NCBI GenBank assembly: GCA_965287045.1
Contig: OZ336891.1
Coordinates: 1,922,001 to 1,986,000 of the forward strand
Length of the DNA: 64,000 bases
Reading direction: 5' to 3'
Source: Carcharhinus amblyrhynchos
Lineage: Eukaryota
The notes under the pieces: model-generated
Databases searched by the model: none
What the model was told of the DNA's origin: nothing
Seen by the model: only the letters and a program-made list of their open reading frames with translations
Program-made: the position numbers and the translations under genes
Shown: positions 25,601-40,200 of the stretch, piece by piece
Position numbering within the stretch: position 1 is the first letter of the stretch
Layout: each line of letters begins with the position of its first letter

Positions 25601-26729
25601 CTGGATGGGCTGTGTCCACACACAGCTGGAAGAAGATTGTTGCCTGACTCAATCTTTATGTGTAATTCAATTATTTGGTGTAGTATAGCACTGTGCAATG
25701 ACAAAATTATTTCATACAGGATAGGGCAGGATGAATTTGTCTCGAATATGTGATCAGTTCTTCAGAGTGGGGCTCGAACCCATGACTGAAAAATCAGCAA
25801 CATTTTTTAAAAGGTCACTTTACCTATCCCGCTACGTTAGTGGAACATTTAAAAAAAATCCAGGATCCAGATCCTCATCCTCACCAAAAACTAACCAATT
25901 CTTCCTTGGGTCACACTCTGTGTTCCAGGTTTTGTTTAATTCTAGCCATTGCCTTTTGTAATATGATGGGAGGGTTTTCTGGTTTTTCCCGCTGGCGGAA
26001 TCTTCCAGTCCCACCAAAGGCGACACCCCCGGTGGGTTTCCAGGTGGTGGGAGGGACGAGTCATACAAAACCCCATGGACGTCAGCTGGATCAGAAGGTC
26101 CCCCTGGTGGCCACCGCTGTCCGGAAAACACACTGTGGTATGAGAGAGTGAGGTGGGGGGCGGAAGGGGAATGTGTGGGGATGGAGAGGAGGGGAATGGG
26201 GGTTGTGTGGATAGTGGGGGAGGCGTGTGAGGGAGTGGGGTGATGTGAGGGGGTAGTACGGGGCTGGAAAGTCATGACCATTGTTTACAAACAGACTAAC
26301 AGGGATGAAAAGATGACCTCTGCCCAACCTCAGTGGCAGAGGTAATGAGAAAGCTGTTTCGTCTCTTGTAGCACTGTGTAGTGGCAATATGCTCATCGCT
26401 GTACCTTTCCCTGCATTTGTAATAGGTTCCCCATTAATGGTAGTGATGTGAGGTCTCTATTGACCTCTTATACAGAGAAGCTGCTGTTTGGGTTATCAAT
26501 TATTAACAGTAACTGCCAGGATTGGAAATTGTATTTACCATCCGTGTGTTTACAATCTGTTCTCCACTTAAAAAAAAATAAATGTCCGTTATATCGAAGA
26601 TGATTCTACAACATAAAGAAGCTACTATAGAAAATATGGAGATAATGGAGCAGGATATTTCCATTTAGCTAAAATACATGGCAAATTCATGCTAACAGTT
26701 CAAGTATGATTTTATACATGAGGCTGATT

Positions 26730-27026
26730 GGTATGGTGGCACAGTGGTTAGCACTGCTGGGTTCGATTCCTGGATTGGTCATTGTCTGTGTGGAGTCTGC
26801 ACATTCTCCCCGTGTCTGAGTGGGTTTCCTCAGGATGCTCCAGTTTCCTGTTACAGTCCAAAGATGTGCAGGTTAGGTGGATTGGTCATGTCCCCCAGTG
26901 TCAGGGAGACTAGTTAGGGTAAATGCATGGGGTTATGGGGTTAGGGCTTGGGTAGGATTGTGGCTGGTGCAGACTCAATGGGCCGAATGCCCTCGTTCTG
27001 CACTGTAGGATTCTATTATTCTATGA
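26730..27026 (+). mobile_element. HE1-like SINE
   Basis: Head, central domain and ctgtaggattcta tail. Confidence 0.85.
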
Positions 27027-29951
27027 ATTACACATAAAGATTGATTTAATCAACAATCTACCTTCAGCCATGTGTGGATTCAGCAGATCCACTTTGTGAT
27101 CCTTGAAAGTTGGATAACTTAGGGGGCGATCTTAGCTTCTCTCCCCGCTGGTCGATGGTGGGGCAAGCCGGTAAGATCGGGACCAAGTTGAGAAAGTCAG
27201 ATTTGCACCCGATTTCTTGCCTGTTGCAATCTTATCAGCACTGGATATCTGGCGAGATCAGCCTCATGCTCGCAAAGGGTGCGAGGCTGTCTCTAATGTT
27301 TAAGTAGCCACGAAATCCAGCTATAGCCAGGGGAGGCAGTGATAGTTCTGTGGTACAGCACAAAGATCTGCACATGCGCAATGGCAGTCTCTGCTGCTAT
27401 CAGCCAGCTTTTAGGTGAGCTAGGCCCTGCCCACTCCTCTGCTGGCAGAAAACTGGTCCAGCCTCATTTTTTTTGACAGTCAGATGAGATTCGATTTTCA
27501 AGTCACCCAAAAAAGTGTGAATTTCTCCCATTTTCATGCTCATTTGTCACTTAGAATTTATTTGGTTAGATCACCCCCAGGGTTCCACACTGACAAGTGC
27601 ACTTTGAACCAGAAACCAAAGCCCAATGAAGCAGAGATTCAGATGAATTCCATCCTGACCCTGCAAAGGAAAGAAGGTAATTCATCAGATACCTTGTGAA
27701 ATTGTTGAAATGTCTACGAGTCCCTCATGCATTGCATTACTGTAAAGAAGTCAGCATTGTCAACATATATGGCAGTCATTTTATACTCATCAACCACTTT
27801 ACACCATTCATTGACAGCAATGAGATGAACAGCTCGATCTGATCTATTTTGTGGTGTCAGCTGAGTGAGAAAGGTTGAAGAGAATGCAAGGTGATCTCCC
27901 TGAGCTTAACCATTTCTGTGGGATGTATGACATTCATCAGAGTCATCACAAGGGTGAACCAGATCTGATTGTGTGTTGGATGATTGCTTTGACCCTGCAT
28001 GTTCATCTATTCAGCCATTAAGTTGTCCTGGTAAGATCTGCTTTTATGATGTCCTGCTTCCAACAGATACCTTGCCGCACTGAGAGCCTACCAGGAATTT
28101 GGGTATGAGTTCCAAAGTTACAAGTCCATTAGTTCTATCCATCATTTCCCACTTTTCAATCCTCTCCCTCTCCCTGCCGTTGGGAATTTGGTCAGAAAAT
28201 CATCAAAATGATTTCTTTCTCTATTACTTCTCCATCACATCCAGGTTTAGTTGTGATTTTTAGTACTCTGATTACATTAGTGCAATGTTGCTGGAGTCAC
28301 TCTGTCTTTGCAACAATGCCCATTTATACAGACATTTTAAAATATGTCCCAATGTGCTGTGTGGTGGGACTTGAGCCCACGATCCCAATCCAGGACCTCT
28401 GGGTTACTGGTAGAGAGATAATCAATTCTCTTTAAACCTCCTTAAAAACAGATTGTCTAGATATCAGACATTGGTGTTTGTGGGAGCTTACTTTGCACAG
28501 ATTGGCTGCTGTGTTTCATCCATTACAACAATGAGCACACTTCAGAAAATACTTTTGGTGTCCTGAGGTTGTATAAAAGCATGTTTTTTTCCCCTCTTTC
28601 TGAGGCTGAAGCCCTCACTTGAGAGACTCAATAAAAAACTGTGACTATTGTAAGTTAGCTAAAGAAAAATTTGTTACACCAAAACAAATTTCTAAATATT
28701 TTCCCTCAGTATTCTGAGGATAAAAGTACTCCTTTACCAAATTATGCTCAATGGTGGCTTTTCATTGGTTGTGTGAATGCTGGGATAGACCGACCTTTCA
28801 AAAATATACCCAGCCACCTTCACAGAAAATAGAAAAAGGAAGGGGTGACGGCAACACCCCCTCACCTCGACCCAATGATAATAGCTGACAGCCTAATGTG
28901 AGATTTGGAGCAGAACTATAAAGAATTAAATAGAATCTACAGCACAGAAACATTCAGTCCGGCTCTAAGACCATAGGACATAGGAGCAGAATTAGGTCAC
29001 TTGGCCCATCGAGTCTGTTCCACCATTCAATCATGGCTGATAACCAGACAATGTCCAACCTCTCCCACTCCACTCCATCTTATCTGCTTGCTATATCCTT
29101 GATGTATCATTATATATACACTGACTCTCCAGCAAGACATTGGAGCTTAGAGTCATAGAGGTTTACAGCATGGAAACAGGCCCTTCGGCCCAACTTGTCC
29201 ATGCTGCCCTTCTTTTAACCATTGAGCTAGTCTCAATTGCCAGCGTCTGACCCACTCACATTAAAACTGTGACAACATTTTCTACCTCCAAAGCCACACA
29301 AAGTAAAGAGTGATTCCATCCTTCTATTCCATTCTGCCTCATGATTATCCAGTTTCCTTCATGTGCGTCTGTACGCTTCATCTCAAATCCCTGCTCATCT
29401 TTGCAACACAGTCCATATTTCACGCTCAGTGACTTGCGTCCAGTTACAAGGTGAGTAAAACATTAATTTGCTTTGTGAAAATTGAAGCTGAATACTGACA
29501 GAAGTGAAGCAAGTCGTGGCTGCAAACTGGATTGAATTACACGTTGAGTAGATGCAGAAATACCATTGTTGGGTCTGGGGAAGTGTGATTGTCTTCGATT
29601 GTAGGTGGTGAAGTGGGGCAATTGAAATGACTTGATATTGAAACTCATTAAAATGCACATTTGCAACTTTAGAAAGAGGTGACTATAGTTTGAATATTAA
29701 TAATTTTGATGGGAAAGCTAATCAAAACAAGGTGTTAAGGAGATAGTAATGCAGAGAGAGAGTTATACCTGCTGTGAGTCAGGAAGGCCACTCTACAGAG
29801 ATAAGAGGCCATCTATGTAAGCTCTGTAACTGATTTATTGATGTATGTGCAAGAACTCCTGTTTTTCTATGACCAAAAGGCATAATAAATATGTAATAGA
29901 TTTGTTACACAGCCTTGGTACCCAGTCAGACAAGGTTAGGAGCAGGGCTAT

Positions 29952-30087
29952 GGCTGGAATTCTCTGGTCATTCATGGCCTGTCACCACTGGCAGCAAGCA
30001 TGGAGAATTTGGCACTTAGCCAAAGCTCCATTCAGTGCAGCGGAACTGGAAAATCTTTTCTGTGGGCGAGGTTGGAGAATTCAGCCC
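29952..30087. mobile_element. MITE (GGC..GAATT TIR family)
   Basis: TIRs ggctggaattctc / gagaattcagccc; flanks tat / aat. Confidence 0.7.
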
Positions 30088-30581
30088 AATGTCTCTCAAA
30101 TACGGTCCCAAATTAAATCCCAGTCACTGCAACCTACAGACTTGAGTGGGGGTGAGGTGTGGGGATAGCGCCTCCCCAGTGGTCACATGACCCACACCCT
30201 TAAAGGGGCAGTACACACCCCAAACCCTCAATATGTATCAAAATAAGCGGCTTCAATCTTTGACCACGACAGTGAGATTCAGTGAGGCACAGTTTTGTTT
30301 TTGGAGTAAATCTGTGTTATAAATCCAGAATCCTCTCTCTCAGATGTGTATGGACTATAAATAGGACTACAAGAATATAGCACTAACTCTCCAACACACA
30401 TTCCATTTGAGTGCAATATATCCCACTGTGAGTGATCGGCAGCTGAATAAACCACATTTAGGTTATTTTTATTTAATATTTTTTAAAAGTGAATTCATTC
30501 GTAGGGTGTAGGGCATTGCTGGAAGGCTAATGTTTGTTGGCCATCACTATCTGCTCTTGAGAAGTCAATGTGTGACCCATT

Positions 30582-31247
30582 GGGCTGAATTGTATGGAGC
30601 AGATGGAAGGGGAAGGAATACCGCCTGTATTCTCACTCCAACCCCAGCAGGAAAGTCAGTCTAAATCAATCGATTTCAAGCAAGGCTCCCTCGCAGTGAC
30701 TGGGCAGCACGAACATAGTGAGTTCCCTGCTGGGGCTGCGAGGAGGCTCTGGGTAGAACATGACATGGTCTCTGGAGGGAAGTCAATCTGGGGATTTTGA
30801 TGGACTGGATTCAGAGAGCCCAGGGAAGGATGCAAGGTTGCAGGGGGTGGAGGGGAATGGGTTTCAAAGGCCGGGTAGGAAGGTACAAAGCGAGAAGCAA
30901 GAATAAGATTGTTGGGGGAGGGAGTGGGTGTGGGGGGGAGAGGGGAGGTTAGGGTTAGGGTTGTCGCCCATGATGTGTGAAGTGCGCCCCCCCTGCCCCA
31001 AAAGAGGTAATGCCCTTCCTTCCGTCCTGAAAAATCGGCCTGCCCATTCTAGTCAGTCTTCCACTGGCCAGTGTATTAAGATGGCGGAGGTGGATTACAG
31101 GCCTTAAGTGGGCACTGGCCACTTCAGGGTGTCAATAAGCCTAAGGGCAGGTGGGCTTGCGGACTCCTTTCCCACCATCATACGAAACCAGGCTGGGGAT
31201 AGGCCAGCCGGTGGACACTGAAAGTGGTGTGCTGTAAAATCCAGCCC
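30582..31247. mobile_element. Larger non-autonomous TIR element of the same group
   Basis: Starts gggctgaattgt and ends aaaatccagccc; GC-rich interior. Confidence 0.5.
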
Positions 31248-31389
31248 ACCTTCTGCAACCATTGTGACAGTTATGATTCAGCTGAGTAACTTGCTAGGCA
31301 ATTTCAGGGAATAATTAAGATCCAACCACATTACTACGGGTCTGGAGTCATGGATGGGCAAGACCAGTTAATGAGAGCAAATTTCCTTC

Positions 31390-31757
31390 TTGAATATAAC
31401 CCAACCCATCACACAAACCAGCCTTCCATCCATTGACTCTTGTATACACTTCCTGCTACCTTGGCAAAGCAGCCAGCATAATCAAGGACCCCACGCACCC
31501 CGGACATTTTCTCTTCCATTTTCTTCCATTGGGAAAAAGATACAAAAGTCCGAGGTCACGTACCAACTGACTCAAGAACAGCTCCTTCCCTGCTGCCGTC
31601 AGGCTTTTGAATGGACTTCTCTACACCTTTCCCTACACCTGAGCTATTACTGTAACACTAAATTCTGCAGTCCCTTGTTTCCTTCTCATAGTGCACAAGA
31701 AACAATATTTTTCACTGTATGTTAATACATGTGAAAACAATAAATCAAATCAAATCA
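31390..31757 (+). mobile_element. Rex1/Babar LINE 3' fragment
   Basis: Homologous to 2298-2720; (aaatc)n tail. Confidence 0.85.
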
Positions 31758-33211
31758 AAGCACATTGGTGAACCAGGTAGACTTTTACAACAATACAGGG
31801 CCACCAAGCATGAACATTTTACCAATAGTTGGGTGTTTAAAATGCAAACTGTTATCACATATATCATCCACCCTGCCCAGTCAACATTTTACAAATGGCA
31901 AAGCTCCAGGTGATAAAATACAAGTACACAAAACCGTTTATGTAGCCAACACACAAAGATCAACATTGGGTTCATCAAGAGGATTCTTGTCCTCTACCTG
32001 CTGTGTGATACTGGCACCGTGCCAACGCACAGAGAAAACTGGAGGTAAAATACGCAATTACTCCTATTTATTTAATTGTCTGTGATTGTGTGTCTGCTCT
32101 TGTGTTAGTGACTATTCTGTAATGTGTGAGTGAGAATCGTGTGGTTGTTGAGTTAAAGAACGCTGTGTCAGTGAGCGATGAGTTTTGATTAGGGAAGGAC
32201 TCCAATGCTCTTTTTTTGAAATGATGACTGTCAGAGGTTTTGTGTCCATCAGGGATGGAGCGGTACCTGGTTTAATACTCATCCAAAATCTGGCGGCTCC
32301 AACAATTCTGCATTCGCTCGGTGCTACAGTGAAGGTGTCAGAATGAATTTTGTGATCTTGTCTCTGGAGTTGGGCTTGAATCAGCAACCTCTGACTCATT
32401 AGTGACAGTGTTACTCCCTCAGATTGTGCCGACACTGTAGGGTGCCAGCAAGGATGGAACATGATGGTAGGTGAAGACTAATGGTACAACACTGAAAGTC
32501 AGACACAACATTGAGACATCACTGGAAATCCTGGTTCCAAATGCAATGAAAAGCAGAGCCATTCAGTAAAAGCTGACAAATACATCTCTCTAAAGGGCCA
32601 CGCAGTGAAAGCTACTACATTACTTTACCTCCAGACATGGTCGTGTTTGCCCATTACAACCTCCTGTTAATTGGCAAATTCTGTTCCTGAGCTCTCAGAG
32701 TTGATTTAGCAAAGAAAGGAAAGGCATTGGCAAGAGCTAATCTGGAATAAGTACAAGGTTTTGGAAACATAGAAAATACAGGCAGCAGTAGACCATTCAG
32801 CCCTTTCATTTTGATCATGGCTGGTCATCAAATTCAATATTCTGGTCCTGTCTTCTGTCTGTTTCCCTGGATCCTTTTAGCCTCATGAACTATAATCATG
32901 TTTTGGCCTCAACTACTTTCTGTGATAGTAAATTCCACAGATTCATCACTCTCTGGATGAAGACATTCCTCCTCATCTCAATCCTCAAAATATCACACCA
33001 ATTCTGGACTCCCCCACCATTGGGGACATTCTTTCTGAATCTACCCTGTCTAATCCTGTTAGAATTTTATAAGTTTCTATGAGATCCCCCCTCACTCTTC
33101 TAAACTCCAGTGAATATAACCCTAACTGACTCACTCTTTCTTTGTATGACAGACCTGCCAGCCCAGGAATCAACCTGGTAAACCTTTGCTGCACCCCCCT
33201 CTATAGCAAGG

Positions 33212-33581
33212 ACATGGTGGCACAGTGGCATGATGGTTCGATAGCACGGTGGTTAGCACCGCTGCCTCACAGTGCCAGGGACCCAGGTTCAATTCCGACC
33301 TTGGGTAACTGTCTGTGTGGAGTTTGCACATTCTCCCTGTGTCTGCAGGGGTTTCCTCTGGGTGCTCCAGTTTCCTTCCACAGCCCAAAGATGTGCAGGT
33401 TAGGTTGATTGGCCATGATAAATTGCCTCTTAATGTCTGGGGGATCAGAAGGGTAAATATGTGGGGTTACGGGGATAAGAACATAAGAACATAAGAAAGA
33501 CAGTACCGGGTGGGATTATTGTTGGTGCAGATTCGATGGGCCAAATGACCTCCTTCCGCAGTGTAGATTCTATGATTCTAT
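33212..33581 (+). mobile_element. HE1-like SINE inserted in CR1
   Basis: Head, central domain and tail; contains a short (aagaacat)n CR1-tail insert at ~33476-33497. Confidence 0.85.
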
Positions 33582-35959
33582 GACATCCTTCCTCAGATAA
33601 GGACACCAAAATTGCACACAATACTCCAGATGCGACCTCACCAATGCCCTATGGAAATGCACCAAAACATCCCTATTCTTATACTCACATCGTCTCACTA
33701 TGAAGGACAACATACCATTTGCCTTCTTTATTGCTGTACCATTTGTTTTTTCTGTGCACTTCCTTTCAGCCACTGCCGTACAAGGTCTTGTTGAGTATCC
33801 ATCTCTCTCAATTTACACCCATTCAAATAATAATCTGACCTCACATTTATCCACATGATACTGCATCTGTCATGTGTATGCCCATTCACTCAGCCTGTCC
33901 AAATCACACTGAAGCATCTCTGCATCCTCCTCACACCTCACCCTCCCACCCAACTTTGTATCATCTGCACATTTGGAGATAATACATTCAATTCCCTCTT
34001 CCAAATCATTAAGATATCATGTGAATAGTTGGGGTTTTAGCACAGATCCTTGCGGAATCCCATGGTCACTGACTGCCAATCAGTAAAAAGACCCATTTAT
34101 GCCAACTCTTTGCTTCCTATCTGCTAACCAGTTTTCTGTCCATTTCAAGACACCACCCACAATCTCATGTGCTTTAACTTTAAATAGTAGTCTGCTATGT
34201 GAGACCTTGTCGAAAGCCTTCTGAAAGTCTAAATGAACCCTATGGACAGTTACATGGGTATGATGGGCATAGAGGGATATGGGCCAAATGTGGGCAACTG
34301 GGACTAGCTTACTGGTTAAAAGAAAAGGGTAGCATGGATAAGTTGCTACCTTAAATGTTTTCCTCATAGTCGGAACATTTGAAAGGTGTCTGATCAGTGT
34401 GAACATATTGGCCTGTTTCCATGCTGTAAGGCTGTATGACTTTAAACCACATCCACCAGTTCGCCTGGCATCCTCAAAGAATTCCAATAGATTCATCAAG
34501 CATGATTCCCCCTTGGTAAATCTGTGCTGACTTTGTCTGATTATTCCACTGCCTTCCAAATGCTGAGCTATGAAATCGTTGATAATCGACTTTAGCAAGT
34601 TCCCAAGGGATGACATAAGGCTCACTGGTCGTTAGTTCCCTGTTTCTTTCCCGATCTCCCTCTTTGAATAGCGGGATTACATTAGTTCCCCTCCAATGAA
34701 TTTTGGAAAATGGCCACCAATGGATCTACTATTTCCAGGGCCACTTCCTTATGTACTCTGGGATGAAGATTATCAGGACTGGAGATTTATTCACCTTCAA
34801 TTCAATCGATTTCTCCAAAACCATTTCTCTACTAATGCTGATTTCCTTCAGCTCCTCACTAAAACTTCCTCTCAGAACTTCTTGTGAAGATAGAAGTGAA
34901 ATAAAAGTTTAGTTCCTCAGGCTGTTCCCTGTTACTGACAGTAGGGAGACTACATGTGTTTTTGTCAATCTTCTTCTGTTTACATGCCTATAGAAACTTT
35001 TACAGTCAGTTTTTATGTTCCCTGCCATCTTATTTTCATACTCTATTTCCACTTCTTAATCAATCCCTTTGTGCTCCTTTGCTGAATTTTAAACTGCTCC
35101 CAATCCTCAGATCTATTGTTTTTTTAAATGTAATACTATCTCTAATTTTCCTTCTAAGCCATGGTTTGGCCAGAGTTGCCTAACCACTCTTGCACCAAAC
35201 TGGAATAAACATCTTCTGGAGTTCACCTATTCATTCTTTAAATGTCTGCCATTGCCTATCCAATGTCTTTCGTTTCAGTAGCATTTCCCAGTCCATCATA
35301 GCCAATTAATGTCTCATATTATCATAATTACTTATATTGAGATTCAGGATCCTGGTCTCAGGGTTAACTGCATCACTATCCACCTTGACAAAAAATTCTA
35401 TCATATTATAGTCACTCATCGCCAAGGATTCTCACAACTAGATTGCCAGCTAATTCTTTCTCATTGCACAATACTCAATCAAGGATAGCCTGTTTCCTTG
35501 TTGGTTTCTCAATGTATTGGTCCAGAAAACCATTCTGGAAATACTCCAGGAAATTCCTCCTTTATTGTACTGTGACTAATTTGACTCTCTCAACCTCTAT
35601 GCAGATTAAAGTCACCCATAATCACAGATGTTCCTTTAACACATGCAGCTCTGATTTCCTGTCTAATGCTATTCCCAAATTTACTATTACAGTTTGGTGG
35701 TCTGTATACCTTCCCTACAAATGTTTTTTCCCTTCGTGTTTAACTTGATCCATACAGATTCCACATTGACTGTGCTAATATCTTTTCTGGATATCATGTC
35801 AATATTTTCTTTAATTAACAATGTAATTCCACCACCCTTTTGTTTCTGTCTACCCTTCCTAAACATTGACCAGCCCTCAACGTTTAGTTCCCATCCTTGC
35901 TCACCTTGGAACCACACCTCCATAATGCCATATGAGTATAAGAGGATCATATATAGATT

Positions 35960-36562
35960 ATAGGAATAAGGATGTCTTGCTGCAGTTATACAGAGCTGGG
36001 TTAGGCCACACCTTGAGTATTGGGTGCAGTTTTGGTCTCCTAGTCTGAGGAAGGACATTGTTATTGAGGGAGTCCAGTGAAGGTTCACCAAGCTGATTTC
36101 TGAAATGGCAGGACTGTCATATGAAGAGAGATTGGATCGACAGGGCTTGCACTCACTGGAATTTAGAAGAATGAGAGGAGGCCTCATAGAAACATAGAAA
36201 ATCCTGATGGGGCCAGACAGGCTAGATGTGGGAAGAATGTTCCCGATGTTGGGAAGTCCAGAACTAGGAGTCACAGGTTAGCAATAAGGGGTAAGCCATT
36301 CAGGACTGAGATGAGGAAAAACCTCTTCACTCAGAGCTGTGGACCTGTGGAATTCTGTCCCACAGAAAGCTGTTGGTCCCAGTCCATTAGATATGTTCAA
36401 GAGGGAGCTGGACGTGGCCCTTGTGGCTAAAGGGATCAAGGGGTATGGAGAGAAAACAGGAATGGGACACTGAAAGTGCGTGATCAACCATGATCATAAT
36501 GAATGTTGGTGCAGGCTCAAAGGGCTGAATGGCCTACTCCTGCACCTTTTTCTATGTTTCTA
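35960..36562 (+). mobile_element. CR1 3' fragment nested antisense in the older CR1
   Basis: gttaggccacaccttgagtattgggtgcagttttggtctcc ... ggcctactcctgcacc...ttctatgtttcta. Confidence 0.85.
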
Positions 36563-36890
36563 TACCCCTATATATCTATCTGCATGACTAATTCATCCAT
36601 TTTGCTTTGAACGCTCAAAGTGTTCAGATAAAAAACCTTAAGGTCAGTCTTTTTAACATTTCTTGTTCTATTCCTAATATTTTTTACTCAGTCCGTAACT
36701 GACTTTGGCCCTTGATTTCTTATTCTCCTTGCTGTCTTTTCCTCTTGTTCTTGATTCCTTCTGCTCTGGATACTTACACAGATTCCCATCCCATTGCTAT
36801 ATTAGTTTACACCCTCCCCAACCGCTGTAACAAATATTCCCCCAAGGCATCAGTACTGGTCCTGCTCAGGTGTAACCTGTCCAGTTTGTA

Positions 36891-36970
36891 CAGTAAGAAG
36901 TCTCACAACACCAATTCACCAGGTTTATCTGGAGTCATGAGCTTTCGGAGCACTGCTCCTTCATCAGGTC
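36891..36970 (-). mobile_element. Penelope-like terminal fragment with hammerhead core
   Basis: Minus strand reads CTGATGA-aggagcagtgctcc-GAAA-gctc. Confidence 0.75.
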
Positions 36971-37216
36971 AGATTCAGAAATGTCAATTTTGCCCCTTGC
37001 AGTTGAATCCCTGTTAACCATTGCATTCTCACACTTTTTACTCCTCCCCTCTGCAGTAGAATCAACTGTGATGCAATGAATTTGGCTCTTACTGTTCTCC
37101 CTGAGACGCCATTCCTCTCAGCAGGATCTAAAATTGCCACAGGAGATTCCTGCACTGCTTGCTTAACCCTCATGCTCTGTCAGATGGTCACCCAATCCCT
37201 TCCTGTCTGTGAAATC

Positions 37217-40200
37217 TGTGATGTACCTTTAAGAGCTTTTCTCAAATCATGTTCTCTGTAGCTCACAGCCTTAGCTGATGTCATTGTGATTGATTTGGGA
37301 TTATTTAACTCAAAGAGAGTGAACGGTGAGTATATTGGTGTTTTCTTTTCAGCGGTTGTATTCAGGTTAAAGAGGGAGTGCTTTGTGGAATAATGGCTCT
37401 TTCAGAGGCTAAGAGGTTCCTGGGGATGGAAAAAGTCCTGCAAAATAAAATAAAGCTTTGGGAATTGGCAAAACCATTGCAGTTAACAGTGTAAAGAAAA
37501 GGGAGATAATTGTGGCAATAGCTCAGCATTTAAAATAGCCAGAAACACAGTCAGAATCATTGAAAATGGCTAGAATTCAACTACAAATGGAACAGCCTGA
37601 ACAAGAAAAAGAAATGAATTAAATTACAGACCAGAGAAAAAGAAAAAGTGAGAGAGGAAAGAGGAAAAGAGAGAGAAAAAAGGGAAAAAGGGAGAAAATT
37701 TGAACTTCAGAAACTGGTGATAAAAAGTGAACATCAGTTAAAATTGGTGAAGGAAAAGGGAAAAGAACAGGTTGAGGATAGTGATGAGGGCAGTGAGAAG
37801 GAGCAAGAGCATCATAGTCAAAGGCTTGATGGGGATCTAGTTAAATACGTCCAAACATTGCCAAGGTTTGGTGAGAAAGATGTAGGAGCCTTTTTCTTTT
37901 CATTTGAGAAAGTGGCTAAACAAATGTAATGGCCACAGACCATGTGGGTATTGCTGATTCAAACAAAGTGGGCAGGTAGAGCTAGTGAGGTATTTGCATC
38001 ATTATCAGAGGAGATATTTGGCAAATTTGATGAAGTGAAAGAATCTTTCTTAGCTGCATTTGAACTAGTGCCAGAAGCCTACAGACAACGGTCTAGAAAT
38101 CTAAGGAAAGAATCTGGTCAAACACACACAGAATTTGAAAGGATCAGAGTAAACTTGATAGGTGGATGAGGGCTTTAAAAATAGAAGAAATGTATGAAAC
38201 CCTTAGAGAAATTATTATTTTGGAGGAGTTTAAAAATTCACTTCCTGATGTAATGAGTACTCATGTGGAGAGCAGAGAGTTACAACTGCAAGATTAGCAG
38301 CAGAAATGGCAGATGATTATGAATCAGTTCATAAATCAAAGTTTGGTTCCCGACATCAGTTTCAGCTGGTAAGGGATGGAAACTGGTGAAGGTGAAGGAG
38401 ATCGTGTGGGAGATAATAAGGACTGTATACCTCAGAGTAAAGAGGAAGTACAGGAGGGTGGAAGAGAAATGAAAAGCCTCTGGTGTTTTCACTGTAATAA
38501 ATTAGGCCATGTAAAGTCACAGTGTTGGCGGCTTAAGAAAAGTATTGGGAAGACTGATGTGGTGAAATAGGGTAAGACAGTGGGGTTTGTTAAAATGGTA
38601 AAGGAAAGCCCTGTTGAAGGGAAATAGGTGCAAAAGAATGTATAGCCTGATCAGGAGTTGATTAATAAGGAGACACCAGATCTCTTTGAAGAACTTACGC
38701 ATCTGGATAAAGTTTACAAAAATGTACCAGGAAAAGTAGGCAAAGAAGTTAAAATTTTAAGAGATTAAGAGATCAAAAGTCAATTTTTGATAATGAGATG
38801 AGGAGTTGTGCAGTTTGATTTTGATTTGGTTTATTATTGTTGCATGTATTAACACAGTGAAAAGTATTGCTTCTTGCGTGCTACACAGACAAAGCATACC
38901 ATTCATAGAGAAGGAAACAAGAGAGTGCAGAATGTAATGTTACAGTCATAGCTAGGGTGTAGAGAAAGATCAACTTAATGCAAGGTAGGTCCATTCAAAA
39001 GTCTGACAGCAGCAGGGAAGAAGCTGTTCTTAAGTCAGTTGGTACATGACCTCAGACTTTTGTATCTTTTTCCCGACGGCAGAAGGTGGAAGAGAGAATG
39101 TCCAGGGTGTGTGGGGTCCTTCATTATTCTGCTGCTTTCCCAAGACAGTGGGAAGTGTAGACAGAGTCAATAGATGGATGGCTGGTTTGTGCGATGGATT
39201 GGGCTACATTCATGACATCTTGTAGCTCCTTGTGATCTTGGGCAGAGAAGGAGCCATACCAAGCTGTGATACACCCAGAAAGAATGCTTTCTATGGTGCA
39301 TCTGTAAAAGTTTGTGAGAGTCATAACGGACATGCCAAATTTCCTTAGTCTTCAGAAAAAGTAGAGGTGATGGTGGGCTTTCTTAACTAGGGTGTCGGCA
39401 TGGAAAGTTTGGAAGAAGTATTGCATAAAAGGTGGTAATATGTGGAATTCAGGGTGAGAAGACTGGTATTCCATTATATGACATGAGATTGTAGAGTCCA
39501 ATGAAGAGTGGTGAAGTGGTAGTGGGAGTAATAGAGAAATTATCTTGTCCAGGAATAGAGTTTATCTTGGGTAACAATATAGCTGGGTCACAGGTGGGGG
39601 TGATGGCTACTGTGGTTGAAAAGCTATTGGAGAATCAAACAACTGAATTGTTGAAGGATAAATATCCTGGGATTTTTCCTGCTTGTGTAGTAACAAGGGC
39701 ACCGAGTCATTGGTTAAGACAAGGGGAGAAATCAAAGAATGAAGATAAGAAATTTGAAGCCCAATTATCAGAAATGATTTTTGATCAGATGGTTGAAAAA
39801 AAAACAGGAATTGATGGAGGATGAGGAGGGTATTTTTGGTTTGGGAAAGTTGGCAGAGTTACAATTGAGAGTTATAGAAATAAAACATTTGTGTCAGAAA
39901 ACATACATGGAAGAGGAATCTGTGTGTATACCAGAATGTAGACCCTAAAAATTATATCCTAATGAGGAAATGGGGACCTTTACATATTCAGGCAGATGAA
40001 AAGTAGGCAGAAGTTCATCACGTGTTATTGCCGGTAGGTTTAGAAAGGAGGTGTTCCGAGTCGTACATGAGGTACCAGTAGGAGGTCATTTCGGAATAAG
40101 GAAAACTCATGCTAAATTACAAAAACATTTTTATTGGCCTGGACTGTGTAAAGGTGTAGGTAAATATTTTCAGTCATTTCACACGTCAGGTCATACAGAA

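Noticed and set aside
30947-30962. Interstitial telomeric repeat
   Set aside because: Only two TTAGGG units inside a G-rich TIR element
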